Source: a virus
DNA length: 32,685 bases
Strand: one strand, 5' to 3'
IMG/VR virus record: IMGVR_UViG_3300007516_000004
Coordinates: 1-32,685 of that record
Part shown: piece by piece, positions 22,693-30,753 of the stretch
How the letters are laid out: every line of letters starts with the position of its first letter
Position numbering within the stretch: the first letter of the stretch is position 1
Made by a program: the position numbers and the translations under genes
Notes under the pieces: generated by a model
What the model was told of the DNA's origin: nothing
What the model saw: only the letters and a program-made list of their open reading frames with translations
The model's database searches: none

Positions 22693-23097
22693 TTATTTAT
22701 TAACCCGAAATACTTTTATCATATTAAAGTAAAAAACAATTCGCTTAGTATTTTCTATTATTAACCCAAACTTTTTTGCTATACGATAATTAGACGAACG
22801 AAGATTAAGTCTATTAACTTGGTCTTCTAATTCTGATCTGAATAATTCTAAATGATTCGATGTTTTCCATTTATTGCAAACCCTACAAGCTGGCATGAGA
22901 TTGTCAAAATGATTGACATCGGTTTCTTTTAAATGATTTAAGAACTTTGGTATTCCATATTTATTAAGAATACGTCTATTAAAATCATATTGAGGTACAA
23001 TGTGATCAACTTGCATTTTCTTTATTTCTAAAGTTTCTCCGCAATAGCCACAATGACCATTATATTTTTCATGTACTAATTTTCTATTTATCTTCAT
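22693..23097 (-). CDS. HNH endonuclease
   Basis: CGYCGE...VDHIVPQ...NLMPACRVCNKWK gives the zinc-finger cysteines and the H-N-H catalytic pattern. Confidence 0.85.
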   Translation of the reverse strand: MKINRKLVHEKYNGHCGYCGETLEIKKMQVDHIVPQYDFNRRILNKYGIPKFLNHLKETDVNHFDNLMPACRVCNKWKTSNHLELFRSELEDQVNRLNLRSSNYRIAKKFGLIIENTKRIVFYFNMIKVFRVNK

Positions 23098-23504
23098 TTA
23101 GTTTTTAGTTTCAATTCATCTTGAAAGTAAGACTTAATAAGGTTTACTGTATCTTCAAATCCCCATGAAAAAAAAGCACAATATCCAAAGCTATTTAATT
23201 TATCTATTGACTTTTGCTGATTTAGCAAGTGATCGTTTTTAGATGCTTTTATTTCGCCATTTTTTTTAAATGGTGTAATTACCTTTAATTCAATAAAAAG
23301 TCCTTTATAGGTTTTATTAGGCTGTAAGATTAACAAATCTGGACAATGAAAATTACTATTTTGTATATCTTTATTTCTTTGCGCTTGCGGAGCTGTCAAA
23401 TAAACACTTGCAATTGTATCACTTAAGAAAAAAACGTTTGGATATTGCAATTTTAAAAATTTACAAATTTGCTTTTGCAAAATATATTCTGGCTGATTTT
23501 TCAT
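23094..23504 (-). CDS. VRR-NUC domain nuclease
   Basis: CPDLLIL...GLFIELK (the PD-(D/E)xK core of VRR-NUC), followed by Q..SIDKLNSFGY. Confidence 0.7.
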   Translation of the reverse strand: MKNQPEYILQKQICKFLKLQYPNVFFLSDTIASVYLTAPQAQRNKDIQNSNFHCPDLLILQPNKTYKGLFIELKVITPFKKNGEIKASKNDHLLNQQKSIDKLNSFGYCAFFSWGFEDTVNLIKSYFQDELKLKTK

Positions 23505-23506
23505 AA

Positions 23507-24928
23507 TTAAAATTTAGAGCTTTGTGGCATTGTATTTATATTTTCTGAAATTTCTTCGAACGGATCAAAAGATTCATTTTCATTTTCAAACCTTTGAAAT
23601 TTACCAACGAATTTGCACCGAGCAGTATCTACTATACCATCCCTGTTTTTTGCGATTATTATTTCAGTTAGTCCAAAAGTAGAATTACCGTTTTCATCTT
23701 CTTCAATTCCATAATATTCTGGTCTGTAAAGAAACATTACAACATCTGCATCTTGTTCGATTGAACCAGACTCCCTTAAATCTGATAGCATCGGTTTTTT
23801 ATTTCCACCTGGCCTAGATTCAACAGCTCTGCTTAATTGAGATAAAGCTATTACAGGGATATTTAAATCTTTTGCTATATGTTTTAAACCTCTTGAAATT
23901 TCGCTTATTTCCTGCTCCCTATTTGCACCTTTTTTATTAGAACCTGAAAGCAGTTGCAAATAATCAACAACAATTAATTTTATATCATGCTTTTGCTTTA
24001 ACCTTATAGCTTTAGCTTTAACTTGGTTGATGGTTAAAGTAGAACTTTCATCAATAACTATTTTACAATTAAATAATTTATTTGATGTTTTTTCTATTTT
24101 TATTTTTTGCTCGTTTCTTAAATTACGCCTTTTAATCGCTTCTAGTTCAACCTCACTTTCTGCTGAAATTATACGATCTGATAATTGTTCTTTCGACATT
24201 TCAAGTGAAAAAATAGCTACTGGTAAGTTTTGATTTATTGCAGCATTTCTAATAAAATGCAAAGCCATTGCGGTTTTTCCCATTGCAGGTCTAGCAGCTA
24301 AAATGATTAAATTATTGTTTTGCCATCCATTAGTTATTTCGTCAAGCTCTGACAAGCCCGTAGAAATTCCAGTTAAGCCCTCTTTTAAGCCCTCACAATA
24401 AAGTTTATATCTTTCTGATACTAGACTATCAAATGTAACAAAGTCTCGACCTAGAGTGCCCGAAATCATTTCGTAAAGATTATTGGTAGAATACTCAATT
24501 GTTTCAAATGGATCACTTGTATCATCATAAGAATTTTTTATTATTTCAGTACCTAGCCTGATTAAATCCCTTTGTATAAATTTTTGTTTTATGATTTTAG
24601 CGTGAAACTCAATATTTGCAGCGGATGCAACTCTATTTGTTAACTCTGTAATGTAGAAAAACCCTCCAATAGATTCTAAATTACCATCCTTTTTTAATTG
24701 TTCACAAACAGTTAAAATATCAATTGCAATTGCATTATTACTTAATGTAATTATTGCTGAATAAATTTTTTGATGATTAGGTTTATAAAAGCATTCATCA
24801 TTTAGTATATCGCTAACATTTAATAGTGCTGTTTTCTCCAGCATCAAAGCGCCTAAAACTGCTTCTTCTAAATCTAAAGCTTGCGGAGGTAAATATCCTG
24901 TAGTTGTTAATTGTTTTAGTCTGTTCAT
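23507..24928 (-). CDS. dnaB: Replicative DNA helicase DnaB
   Basis: N-terminal PPQALDLEEAVLGALMLE, Walker A ARPAMGKTA, Walker B IVVDYLQL, SRAVESR... 473 aa. Confidence 0.9.
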   Translation of the reverse strand: MNRLKQLTTTGYLPPQALDLEEAVLGALMLEKTALLNVSDILNDECFYKPNHQKIYSAIITLSNNAIAIDILTVCEQLKKDGNLESIGGFFYITELTNRVASAANIEFHAKIIKQKFIQRDLIRLGTEIIKNSYDDTSDPFETIEYSTNNLYEMISGTLGRDFVTFDSLVSERYKLYCEGLKEGLTGISTGLSELDEITNGWQNNNLIILAARPAMGKTAMALHFIRNAAINQNLPVAIFSLEMSKEQLSDRIISAESEVELEAIKRRNLRNEQKIKIEKTSNKLFNCKIVIDESSTLTINQVKAKAIRLKQKHDIKLIVVDYLQLLSGSNKKGANREQEISEISRGLKHIAKDLNIPVIALSQLSRAVESRPGGNKKPMLSDLRESGSIEQDADVVMFLYRPEYYGIEEDENGNSTFGLTEIIIAKNRDGIVDTARCKFVGKFQRFENENESFDPFEEISENINTMPQSSKF

Positions 24929-24931
24929 TTT

Positions 24932-25741
24932 TTATGAGTTTTTAAGTTTTCGTCTTTTAATTGCGTTTTTCTCGGCTTGCGAAAAATAAACTATTTCTTT
25001 AGGTTTTGCTTTTACTGTTGCTAATTTTTCAACCCAATTAACATCTTGCCATTTACCATCTTCAAATTTATTAGATTGATTGCCGATAAATGAATTTATA
25101 GAATGCTTAAATTCTGGTTCTTTTTCCTTTATTTTTTTATATGCTTCAAATTGAGTTAAGAAATAAGACTCATCTTTTAAGGTTGTTAAAAATGCTAATA
25201 CTAATCTTTGCTGTTTTATATGGTTTTGGTTTTCAATTGAAAAATTAAAGAAAGAAAGAATATTTGAAATGTCGGTTTCCTTTACTTTACTTTCATTTAC
25301 TTTACTTTCCTTTATATTGGTTTCGTTTGGGTTATCGTTCGCTTTCGTTTCGGTTATGCTTTCGCTTTCGTTTCGGTTAGCGAAAATTAACCCATTTGGT
25401 TTATTTTGGGTTAATTCTTTCTTTGGTCTGCCACCTAATAAGCCGTTTTTTCTATTAGTAATAGTCTGAACCTCTTTGCTTTGTAGTTGTTCATTTAAGA
25501 AATTGATAATAACAAAGTCTTTTTCAATCTTAATTACTCCACAATTAATTAAAGTATTTACCTTTTCTTCATTGTCTCTAAATTTTTTTAATAAATTGAC
25601 AAATGTCAAATCACAATCTTTGCTCCAGTAGTAAGAACAAACGTTTATAAAAAAACCTTGAGTATCAAAAGTCTCTAAAGTAATATCTCCATTAAACCAA
25701 TCATTAATATAAAATTTAAAATATGGAAGTTCTTTAGCCAT
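24932..25741 (-). CDS. Replication organizer / initiator candidate (DUF1376/YdaU-like N-terminal domain)
   Basis: LPYFKFYINDWFNGDITLETFDTQGFFINVCSYYW fits the YF.FY..DW....L......G.Y..L....W pattern. Low-complexity central linker. Immediately upstream of dnaB. Confidence 0.5.
   Translation of the reverse strand: MAKELPYFKFYINDWFNGDITLETFDTQGFFINVCSYYWSKDCDLTFVNLLKKFRDNEEKVNTLINCGVIKIEKDFVIINFLNEQLQSKEVQTITNRKNGLLGGRPKKELTQNKPNGLIFANRNESESITETKANDNPNETNIKESKVNESKVKETDISNILSFFNFSIENQNHIKQQRLVLAFLTTLKDESYFLTQFEAYKKIKEKEPEFKHSINSFIGNQSNKFEDGKWQDVNWVEKLATVKAKPKEIVYFSQAEKNAIKRRKLKNS
25281..25416. repeat. Iteron / inverted-repeat cluster inside the replication gene (putative origin of replication)
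   Basis: tttactttactttc occurs twice (25281, 25296). tttcgttt[g/c]ggtta occurs three times, starting at 25321, 25343 and 25366 (spacing 22 and 23 bp); copies 2 and 3 are identical over 19 bp (25338..25356, 25361..25379). A perfect 10-bp inverted repeat, aattaaccca (25385..25394) / tgggttaatt (25407..25416), has a 12-bp spacer. Confidence 0.55.
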
Positions 25742-25807
25742 TTTTAAAACCTCCTTTACTAAAAAAAATAATATATAATTTTTTCATTTATTTATAATTT
25801 AAAAACC

Positions 25808-26137
25808 TTAACTAATTACTAATTTACCATCAACTATATTAATATTAAACCTATCGTAATCAAGTGATTTAATAATTTCAAAAGACCTATCATTATAGTT
25901 TAGTATTTCAATATTTCCTAAATCATTTAATAAAATTTTTTGGTTTATTTCCTCTGAAAGTATATAAAACAGAATTGAATACTTAAAATTTTTTAATTTT
26001 TCTGATTGATAAGACTCGGGATCAGATTCGGTTATTTTATAAATACCAAATTCATGAGCGAAAACAGTTCCTTTGTTTAATAAAATTTCCATTTCAATGG
26101 TATTAAAACCATTGTCATCCATTAATTGTAAATCCAT
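25808..26137 (-). CDS. Hypothetical protein (109 aa)
   Basis: Track ORF. Confidence 0.5.
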   Translation of the reverse strand: MDLQLMDDNGFNTIEMEILLNKGTVFAHEFGIYKITESDPESYQSEKLKNFKYSILFYILSEEINQKILLNDLGNIEILNYNDRSFEIIKSLDYDRFNINIVDGKLVIS

Positions 26138-26185
26138 TTTTATATTGTTTGTTATTATTTTTAAAACATTTTATAGCCAAAGAAA

Positions 26186-26347
26186 TTATGATACTAATAT
26201 CTTAAGCTTATCTTGCTTGTCTTTTGATAGCTGCCTTAAACCTTTCATACACATATAGAAGTAGTTTGGTTTCACTCCTATTTTTTCTGCTAGATATTTC
26301 TGTTTAAATCCTGACTTTTCAACTTTAATTTTTAATAGTGTTTCCAT
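26186..26347 (-). CDS. Cro/XRE-like HTH regulator (53 aa)
   Basis: Below the track cutoff. METLLKIKVEKSGFKQKYLAEKIGVKPNYFYMCMKGLRQLSKDKQDKLKILVS has the typical ..G..Q..LAEK.GV....... G.R pattern. It is the first gene after the terminator at 26410..26458. Confidence 0.5.
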   Translation of the reverse strand: METLLKIKVEKSGFKQKYLAEKIGVKPNYFYMCMKGLRQLSKDKQDKLKILVS

Positions 26348-26409
26348 ACCGCTAATATAATGTTATTAATTAATATATCAAATAGTGTTATCATAAATAA
26401 ATTAAATAA

Positions 26410-26458
26410 ACAAAAAAACCCTAAAGAGTTCGTCCGGCTAGACTCCCCCTTTAAGGTT
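26410..26458 (-). terminator. Intrinsic terminator after the methylase operon (bidirectional geometry)
   Basis: aaccctaaagagt (26417..26429) pairs imperfectly with actccccctttaaggtt (26442..26458). The minus RNA ends ...GGGUUUUUUUG. About 55 nt after the stop of 26513..26809. Confidence 0.6.
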
Positions 26459-26512
26459 TTATTTAAGTTTTAGATTGAAAGTAGCCGCTTTCATTTTACT
26501 CCGCTAAGATAC

Positions 26513-26809
26513 TTAAAATAAATTAAGTTGCTCTCCTAAATTGTCTTTTTTGAACCATTGATTTGCCCGGTTTTTAATTTCCGCAATAGTAATTAATCGC
26601 GTTCTTTCGATTGTAATTCCTTTGCTGTCGCCCATCCACCTTACAGGATGCGAAGCCCCTCCAATACCGAACGCATCGCTCCAGCTTTTACCGGCTTTCA
26701 ATTGCCTTAAAACATAATTGTTGGCAACGTGTTGGAAAGCCGCATCAATAATTTTATCGTTTAAAGTTGTTGGTTTTGGGTGGTCGTATTTCATAATTTG
26801 CTTAAACAT
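26513..26809 (-). CDS. Hypothetical protein (98 aa), last gene of the SNF2/methylase operon
   Basis: Track ORF. Overlaps the C5-MTase 3' end by 19 nt. Confidence 0.5.
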   Translation of the reverse strand: MFKQIMKYDHPKPTTLNDKIIDAAFQHVANNYVLRQLKAGKSWSDAFGIGGASHPVRWMGDSKGITIERTRLITIAEIKNRANQWFKKDNLGEQLNLF

Positions 26810-27888
26810 TGTTCGTAAATTTTTGATGCAATTTGAGCTGTCATTATTGGAGGTACTGACATTCCAATAAGGTATTTTACTTTGATTTTTAAGAAATTAT
26901 AATCACTTGGAAATGATCCGCCTTTTATTATATCTTCATCGTGTAAATAGTTGTGACAATCATCTCTAAACTCGCCACTATCGTATGCACTTAAAATAGT
27001 TTTTAACGGTTTTGAGCGGTCAACTTTTGAATAACTAAATAACTTTTCTTTACCAATTAGTCGACGTGTGCAATTACCAACTGATTCGCCAATATTTACT
27101 TTATCATACCATTCTATTACCGATGGATATAATTTCCGCCCAGGTTTACCACTATCAAAATCTTTAAACGGTATTTCTCTTTCATTAAAAAACATTTCAA
27201 TTTTTGGCACCTCCGTAAACATATCAGCATAATGTAAAAATGGTTTAGCTAAATCTTTTCGTAAACAAATAAAGAAAACCCTTTCACGTCTTTGAGGCAC
27301 TCCCATTTTTGAAGCGTCTAATAAAAAGTGTTGACAATAGTAACCGGCTTTATCAAATTCTTTATATATTTTACGAACGTATGCTTTAGCTTCTCCCATC
27401 AAAAGTCCTTTGACGTTTTCTGCAACTACAACTTTTGGCTGTAACTCTTTTGCTAAATCTATAAAATCAAAGAATAAAGTATCTAAAACTTGTTCAGCTT
27501 GACCCTCTCTAAATACCTTTTCTTTGCCCCAATCTTTTTCTCTGTTTCCAGCCATACTAAAAGAGCTGCAAGGTGGTGAACCATCTAAAATGTCCAAATT
27601 ATAGAGTTCTTTTGGTAAATCTTTTCGTTTTGCAAAGGTTGTAATTGATTCCAAAAATGAAAACTTAGGATTGTGATTTTCTTTGTAAACCTCAATCATT
27701 TTTTTATCAATGTCGTTATGTCCGATAACATCAAAACCCGCTAATTTGTAGCCAAATGAACTGCCGCCACCGCAAGCAAAACAACTAAATACACTACCTT
27801 TGTCTTTTGTAAAAACGGTATCTTTTAACGTCCAATTATAATTAAATTTATGTTTCATATACTTTCTATCCTCCCAAACTTTACCCAC
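26791..27888 (-). CDS. DNA (cytosine-5) methyltransferase
   Basis: Motif I FSCFACGGGSSFG, motif IV GSPPCSSFS, motif VI VVAENVKGL, motif VIII QRRERVFFI. Confidence 0.9.
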   Translation of the reverse strand: MGKVWEDRKYMKHKFNYNWTLKDTVFTKDKGSVFSCFACGGGSSFGYKLAGFDVIGHNDIDKKMIEVYKENHNPKFSFLESITTFAKRKDLPKELYNLDILDGSPPCSSFSMAGNREKDWGKEKVFREGQAEQVLDTLFFDFIDLAKELQPKVVVAENVKGLLMGEAKAYVRKIYKEFDKAGYYCQHFLLDASKMGVPQRRERVFFICLRKDLAKPFLHYADMFTEVPKIEMFFNEREIPFKDFDSGKPGRKLYPSVIEWYDKVNIGESVGNCTRRLIGKEKLFSYSKVDRSKPLKTILSAYDSGEFRDDCHNYLHDEDIIKGGSFPSDYNFLKIKVKYLIGMSVPPIMTAQIASKIYEQCLSKL

Positions 27889-28046
27889 CTTTCCACATCT
27901 TCAACCCGATTAGATATTTCATTATTATCAGACGTCAACCAGTCATAATAAAACGGCTTAACTTTGCCGATTCTTATTAGTGTTAAATCTTGTGTAAAAT
28001 TGTCCATAATCGTTATACGGTATTTCTTAGTGGGTGTTAGGGTCAT
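27855..28046 (-). CDS. Hypothetical protein (63 aa) between the two methyltransferase genes
   Basis: Track ORF. Its ATG shares one base with the upstream stop, and its 3' end overlaps the C5-MTase start by 34 nt. Confidence 0.4.
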   Translation of the reverse strand: MTLTPTKKYRITIMDNFTQDLTLIRIGKVKPFYYDWLTSDNNEISNRVEDVERWVKFGRIESI

Positions 28047-29065
28047 TAGAATAACTTTTCCTGCTTAATAGTTTTTTTAAATCTCTTTGCAGCTTCTTTA
28101 CAGTTTAAAATAGCTTGCTTATAATAGCTATCTTTAAGTTCAATTCCAATAGCCTTTCTACCCATGCTAACAGGACTAAAAACCTCACTACCTACGCCCA
28201 TAAACGGAGTTAAAACAATTTCACCAGGATTAGAATATAATTCTACTAATCTATCAATAACATCTAATTGTAATGGGTGTACGTGTTTCTCGTCGTCTTC
28301 TTCTCTGCTATCTCTAAATGGTAAAACATTATCAATTCTAACATCATCCCAAACGCTAGACGCGTAACGCTGCCAAATGTAATGATTTAGCTTAGTTATG
28401 TTTTCATCTTCATTAATAGCCTTTAAATGCTCCCATAATGTAACCTCATTATAGTTTGAATTATTAGCATTGTTGTAAGCTCTTAAAATATTTGGCAAAA
28501 TTGGAGTTTCTCCAGCATAATGATTCATACCATAAGGATGCACTACAGGCACTAAGTTTTCGCCTTTTTTTGTAAAAATTAATACATAATCTGGCATAGC
28601 AGTAAAACACTTAGTGCTATCTTCTACTATAAACTTGTGCATTAAAGATTGAACCATTGTTCTCATTCTTACTTTTAAAGGTTCTTTCCAAATCGTAATA
28701 CGGTTTCTATACTCAAATCCGTACTTAATATGTAGCCTTATAATTTCATTTGGAAAATCCCAAAGTCTGCAAGTGTTATCAAAAACATCGGTACAATGAA
28801 TGGCCGTAATACGGCCAGGTTTTGTAACTCTTGAAATTTCTTTTATTAAAAATTCGTATTGGTCTAAAAATTGTTCTTTGTTTTCGCAATTGCTAAAATC
28901 GTTTTCGCTTGAGCTGTAATTATATAATCCAGCAAACGGAGGACTATAAACCGATAGGTCTATACTTTCGTCTTTTAATGTCGGCATTACCAGCATGCAA
29001 TCAGAATTATATAAGCTATAATTATCTGTGTGTACTTGGTCTTTTACTTTGTTTTCTTTTTTCAT
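28046..29065 (-). CDS. DNA methyltransferase, N6-adenine/N4-cytosine (beta class)
   Basis: The catalytic motif SPPF (DLSVYSPPFAG) precedes the AdoMet motif FMGVGSE (VLTPFMGVGSEV) near the C-terminus, which is the beta-class order of N6_N4 MTases. Confidence 0.8.
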   Translation of the reverse strand: MKKENKVKDQVHTDNYSLYNSDCMLVMPTLKDESIDLSVYSPPFAGLYNYSSSENDFSNCENKEQFLDQYEFLIKEISRVTKPGRITAIHCTDVFDNTCRLWDFPNEIIRLHIKYGFEYRNRITIWKEPLKVRMRTMVQSLMHKFIVEDSTKCFTAMPDYVLIFTKKGENLVPVVHPYGMNHYAGETPILPNILRAYNNANNSNYNEVTLWEHLKAINEDENITKLNHYIWQRYASSVWDDVRIDNVLPFRDSREEDDEKHVHPLQLDVIDRLVELYSNPGEIVLTPFMGVGSEVFSPVSMGRKAIGIELKDSYYKQAILNCKEAAKRFKKTIKQEKLF

Positions 29066-29067
29066 GT

Positions 29068-30435
29068 CTATAAAAATTTTGGTGTAATTAATTCTTTGTT
29101 AAATTCTTTTTGTGTGTGTGTAAAAACTCTATTTACGTTATCTGTTAGGTTTTTGTGTAGTTCAATAGCTTTCTTTGTCTTTTGGTCTAAAGCTTCTAAT
29201 ACACGTGTTTGTCCATCCGAAATAACCATATCAATAGTAACATCGTTTTTTTGTCCAAACCTCCAAAAACGTCTATAAGCTTGGTACATTTGTTCATAAC
29301 TCCATGTCGGAAAAAAAACAGAATGATTACAATGCTGCCAATTTAAACCCATACCAGTCATTTTAGCTTTAGTAATTAAACGTTTTATTTGTCCATCGGC
29401 AAACGCTTTTAATATTTCTTCTTTTCGCTCAATACTTTGACTTCCTATTATTTCAACCGCTTCTTTATCATTTGCTTTTAATATTGCGCTTTCGTTATTC
29501 GTATTGCACCAGTAAACAGAAGTTTTATTTGCTGCTAAATCAATAGCTTTTTCACATCTTTTTTGTTCTGTTTGTTTTTGTTCGTGTCTTACCTCTATCA
29601 TAGATTTAGCAGTAGGAGTAAACATTTGTATTTGACCGCTTATATCAATTAAAGATTCATTCTTTACAATATGTTTATTTACGATTAGTTCAGGTAGAAT
29701 ATATCTATCATTACTAAAACCTAAATCACTAGGCATCTTACACATAATAGACCATTGATTAACCCATGCAAAAAAATCATTTTCAGCATGTGGCTTTAGA
29801 TAAAACTTTTCGCCAATATTTCTATTTGAATTATCTACGCTGTTTTGATTATTTTTAAAAAACTTGCCTAACATGTCAACATAACCCATATATCCTAGAG
29901 CTTCGGAGCTGGTTCCTAATTCTATAAAATCGTTTGGACTTGGAGTTGCTGTTGATAAAAAACGATAAGGAACTTTTTTTATAAAGGAGGTTATTTCGTT
30001 TTTAATCTTACCATCAAAGTTTTTTAATATGCTGCTTTCGTCGCAAATAACGCCTACGAAATCATTACTATTAAAATAGTGTAACCTTTCGTAATTGCAA
30101 ATAACTATTTTCTTAGTGTGCTTACCATCTTTTGAATATTCAATATCGTCAATGCCTATTTTTTCAGCTTCTAATAAAAACTGAAAAGCAACGGCCAAAG
30201 GCGTTAATATTAAAACTTTCTTATTAGTGTGTAAAACTACATTGTAAGCTTCTGAAAGTTGCATTAAAGTTTTACCTAATCCAGTATCAATAAAGTTTCC
30301 TATTCTACCTTTACGGATTGATTTTTCAATAATAAACTTTTGGAAATCAAAAGCAATATCGGGATACCATGTTGATTTAAATCCGCTATCACCGATAGAA
30401 TGTTTTTTTTGTTCTAAAAATTCTAAGTAATTCAT
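29068..30435 (-). CDS. SNF2-family (DEAD/DEAH-like) helicase
   Basis: Motif I DTGLGKT, motif II VICDESS, motif III STATPSPN, C-terminal GMGLNWQ...YQAYRRFWRFGQ (motifs V/VI). Confidence 0.85.
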   Translation of the reverse strand: MNYLEFLEQKKHSIGDSGFKSTWYPDIAFDFQKFIIEKSIRKGRIGNFIDTGLGKTLMQLSEAYNVVLHTNKKVLILTPLAVAFQFLLEAEKIGIDDIEYSKDGKHTKKIVICNYERLHYFNSNDFVGVICDESSILKNFDGKIKNEITSFIKKVPYRFLSTATPSPNDFIELGTSSEALGYMGYVDMLGKFFKNNQNSVDNSNRNIGEKFYLKPHAENDFFAWVNQWSIMCKMPSDLGFSNDRYILPELIVNKHIVKNESLIDISGQIQMFTPTAKSMIEVRHEQKQTEQKRCEKAIDLAANKTSVYWCNTNNESAILKANDKEAVEIIGSQSIERKEEILKAFADGQIKRLITKAKMTGMGLNWQHCNHSVFFPTWSYEQMYQAYRRFWRFGQKNDVTIDMVISDGQTRVLEALDQKTKKAIELHKNLTDNVNRVFTHTQKEFNKELITPKFL

Positions 30436-30450
30436 CTTTTTAATTTGTCT

Positions 30451-30507
30451 ATAAAAAAGTAAATCCTGAACAGGTCAGCGGTAGTAGTCGCCTCCCCATT
30501 CAGGATT
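30451..30507 (-). terminator. Terminator-like long-loop hairpin in the P4 leader (possible attenuator)
   Basis: aatcctgaa (30462..30470) / ttcaggatt (30499..30507): 9 bp, 28-nt loop. The minus RNA continues UACUUUUUUAU. It lies between the 42-codon ORF and the SNF2 ATG (30435). Confidence 0.45.
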
Positions 30508-30563
30508 GTTAAAATTTGATTATTACCGCTACTACTCGGTTTTTTTAATACGCTGATAATATA

Positions 30564-30692
30564 TCAAACTAAAATTACATTACCGTTTTTAAACGTATAA
30601 ATATTACCTGAAATTTCACTTGGATAAACTTTTTTACCTTTAAGAAAGAAGTTAATTTTGTTTAGGTTTTTGTCTCTTATTACTACTATCAT
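30564..30692 (-). CDS. Short leader ORF (42 aa), hypothetical
   Basis: Below the track cutoff. The ATG at 30692 is 24 nt after the P4 -7 box. MIVVIRDKNLNKINFFLKGKKVYPSEISGNIYTFKNGNVILV. Confidence 0.35.
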   Translation of the reverse strand: MIVVIRDKNLNKINFFLKGKKVYPSEISGNIYTFKNGNVILV

Positions 30693-30716
30693 TTTGTATT
30701 AATTTTTTAGTGTCCC

Positions 30717-30747
30717 CAAAGATAACATTATAGTTTGAAACTGCAAA
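30717..30747 (-). promoter_or_regulatory. Promoter P4 (Bacteroidota -33/-7 type, with the AGTTTCAAA block)
   Basis: Minus strand: TTTG(30747..30744)-cagtttcaaactataatgt-TATCTTTG(30724..30717), 19-nt spacer. 42/46 identical to the P2 region. Confidence 0.75.
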
Positions 30748-30753
30748 CTTTAT

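Noticed and set aside
22679-22710. Sixth promoter upstream of ORF 22448..22648
   Set aside because: The -7 box TATATTTG is perfect, but the -33 position reads TTCG rather than TTTG, and the element lies inside the HNH gene's 3' end. It is plausible but below the standard applied to P1-P5, so it is mentioned only in the evidence field of the 22448..22648 CDS feature.
29111-29121. (TG)5 microsatellite
   Set aside because: Short, inside the SNF2 coding sequence near its 3' end, and with no evidence of phase-variation context.
26513-30435. SNF2 plus adenine/N4 MTase plus C5 MTase as a DISARM/BREX-like defence system
   Set aside because: The other hallmark DISARM components (DrmA helicase, the DUF1998 protein DrmB, the PLD nuclease DrmC) and BREX components (PglZ, BrxC and others) are absent, and this is a 32.6-kb phage genome. 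Anti-restriction self-methylation is the more economical reading. It is kept as a finding only for the unexplained SNF2 and small-ORF association.
30478-30540. GTAGTAG/CTACTAC-containing segment as a tRNA or small RNA gene
   Set aside because: No cloverleaf, T-loop or anticodon-arm pattern could be drawn. The complementarities are short (6-9 bp) and are better explained as part of the leader/terminator structure.
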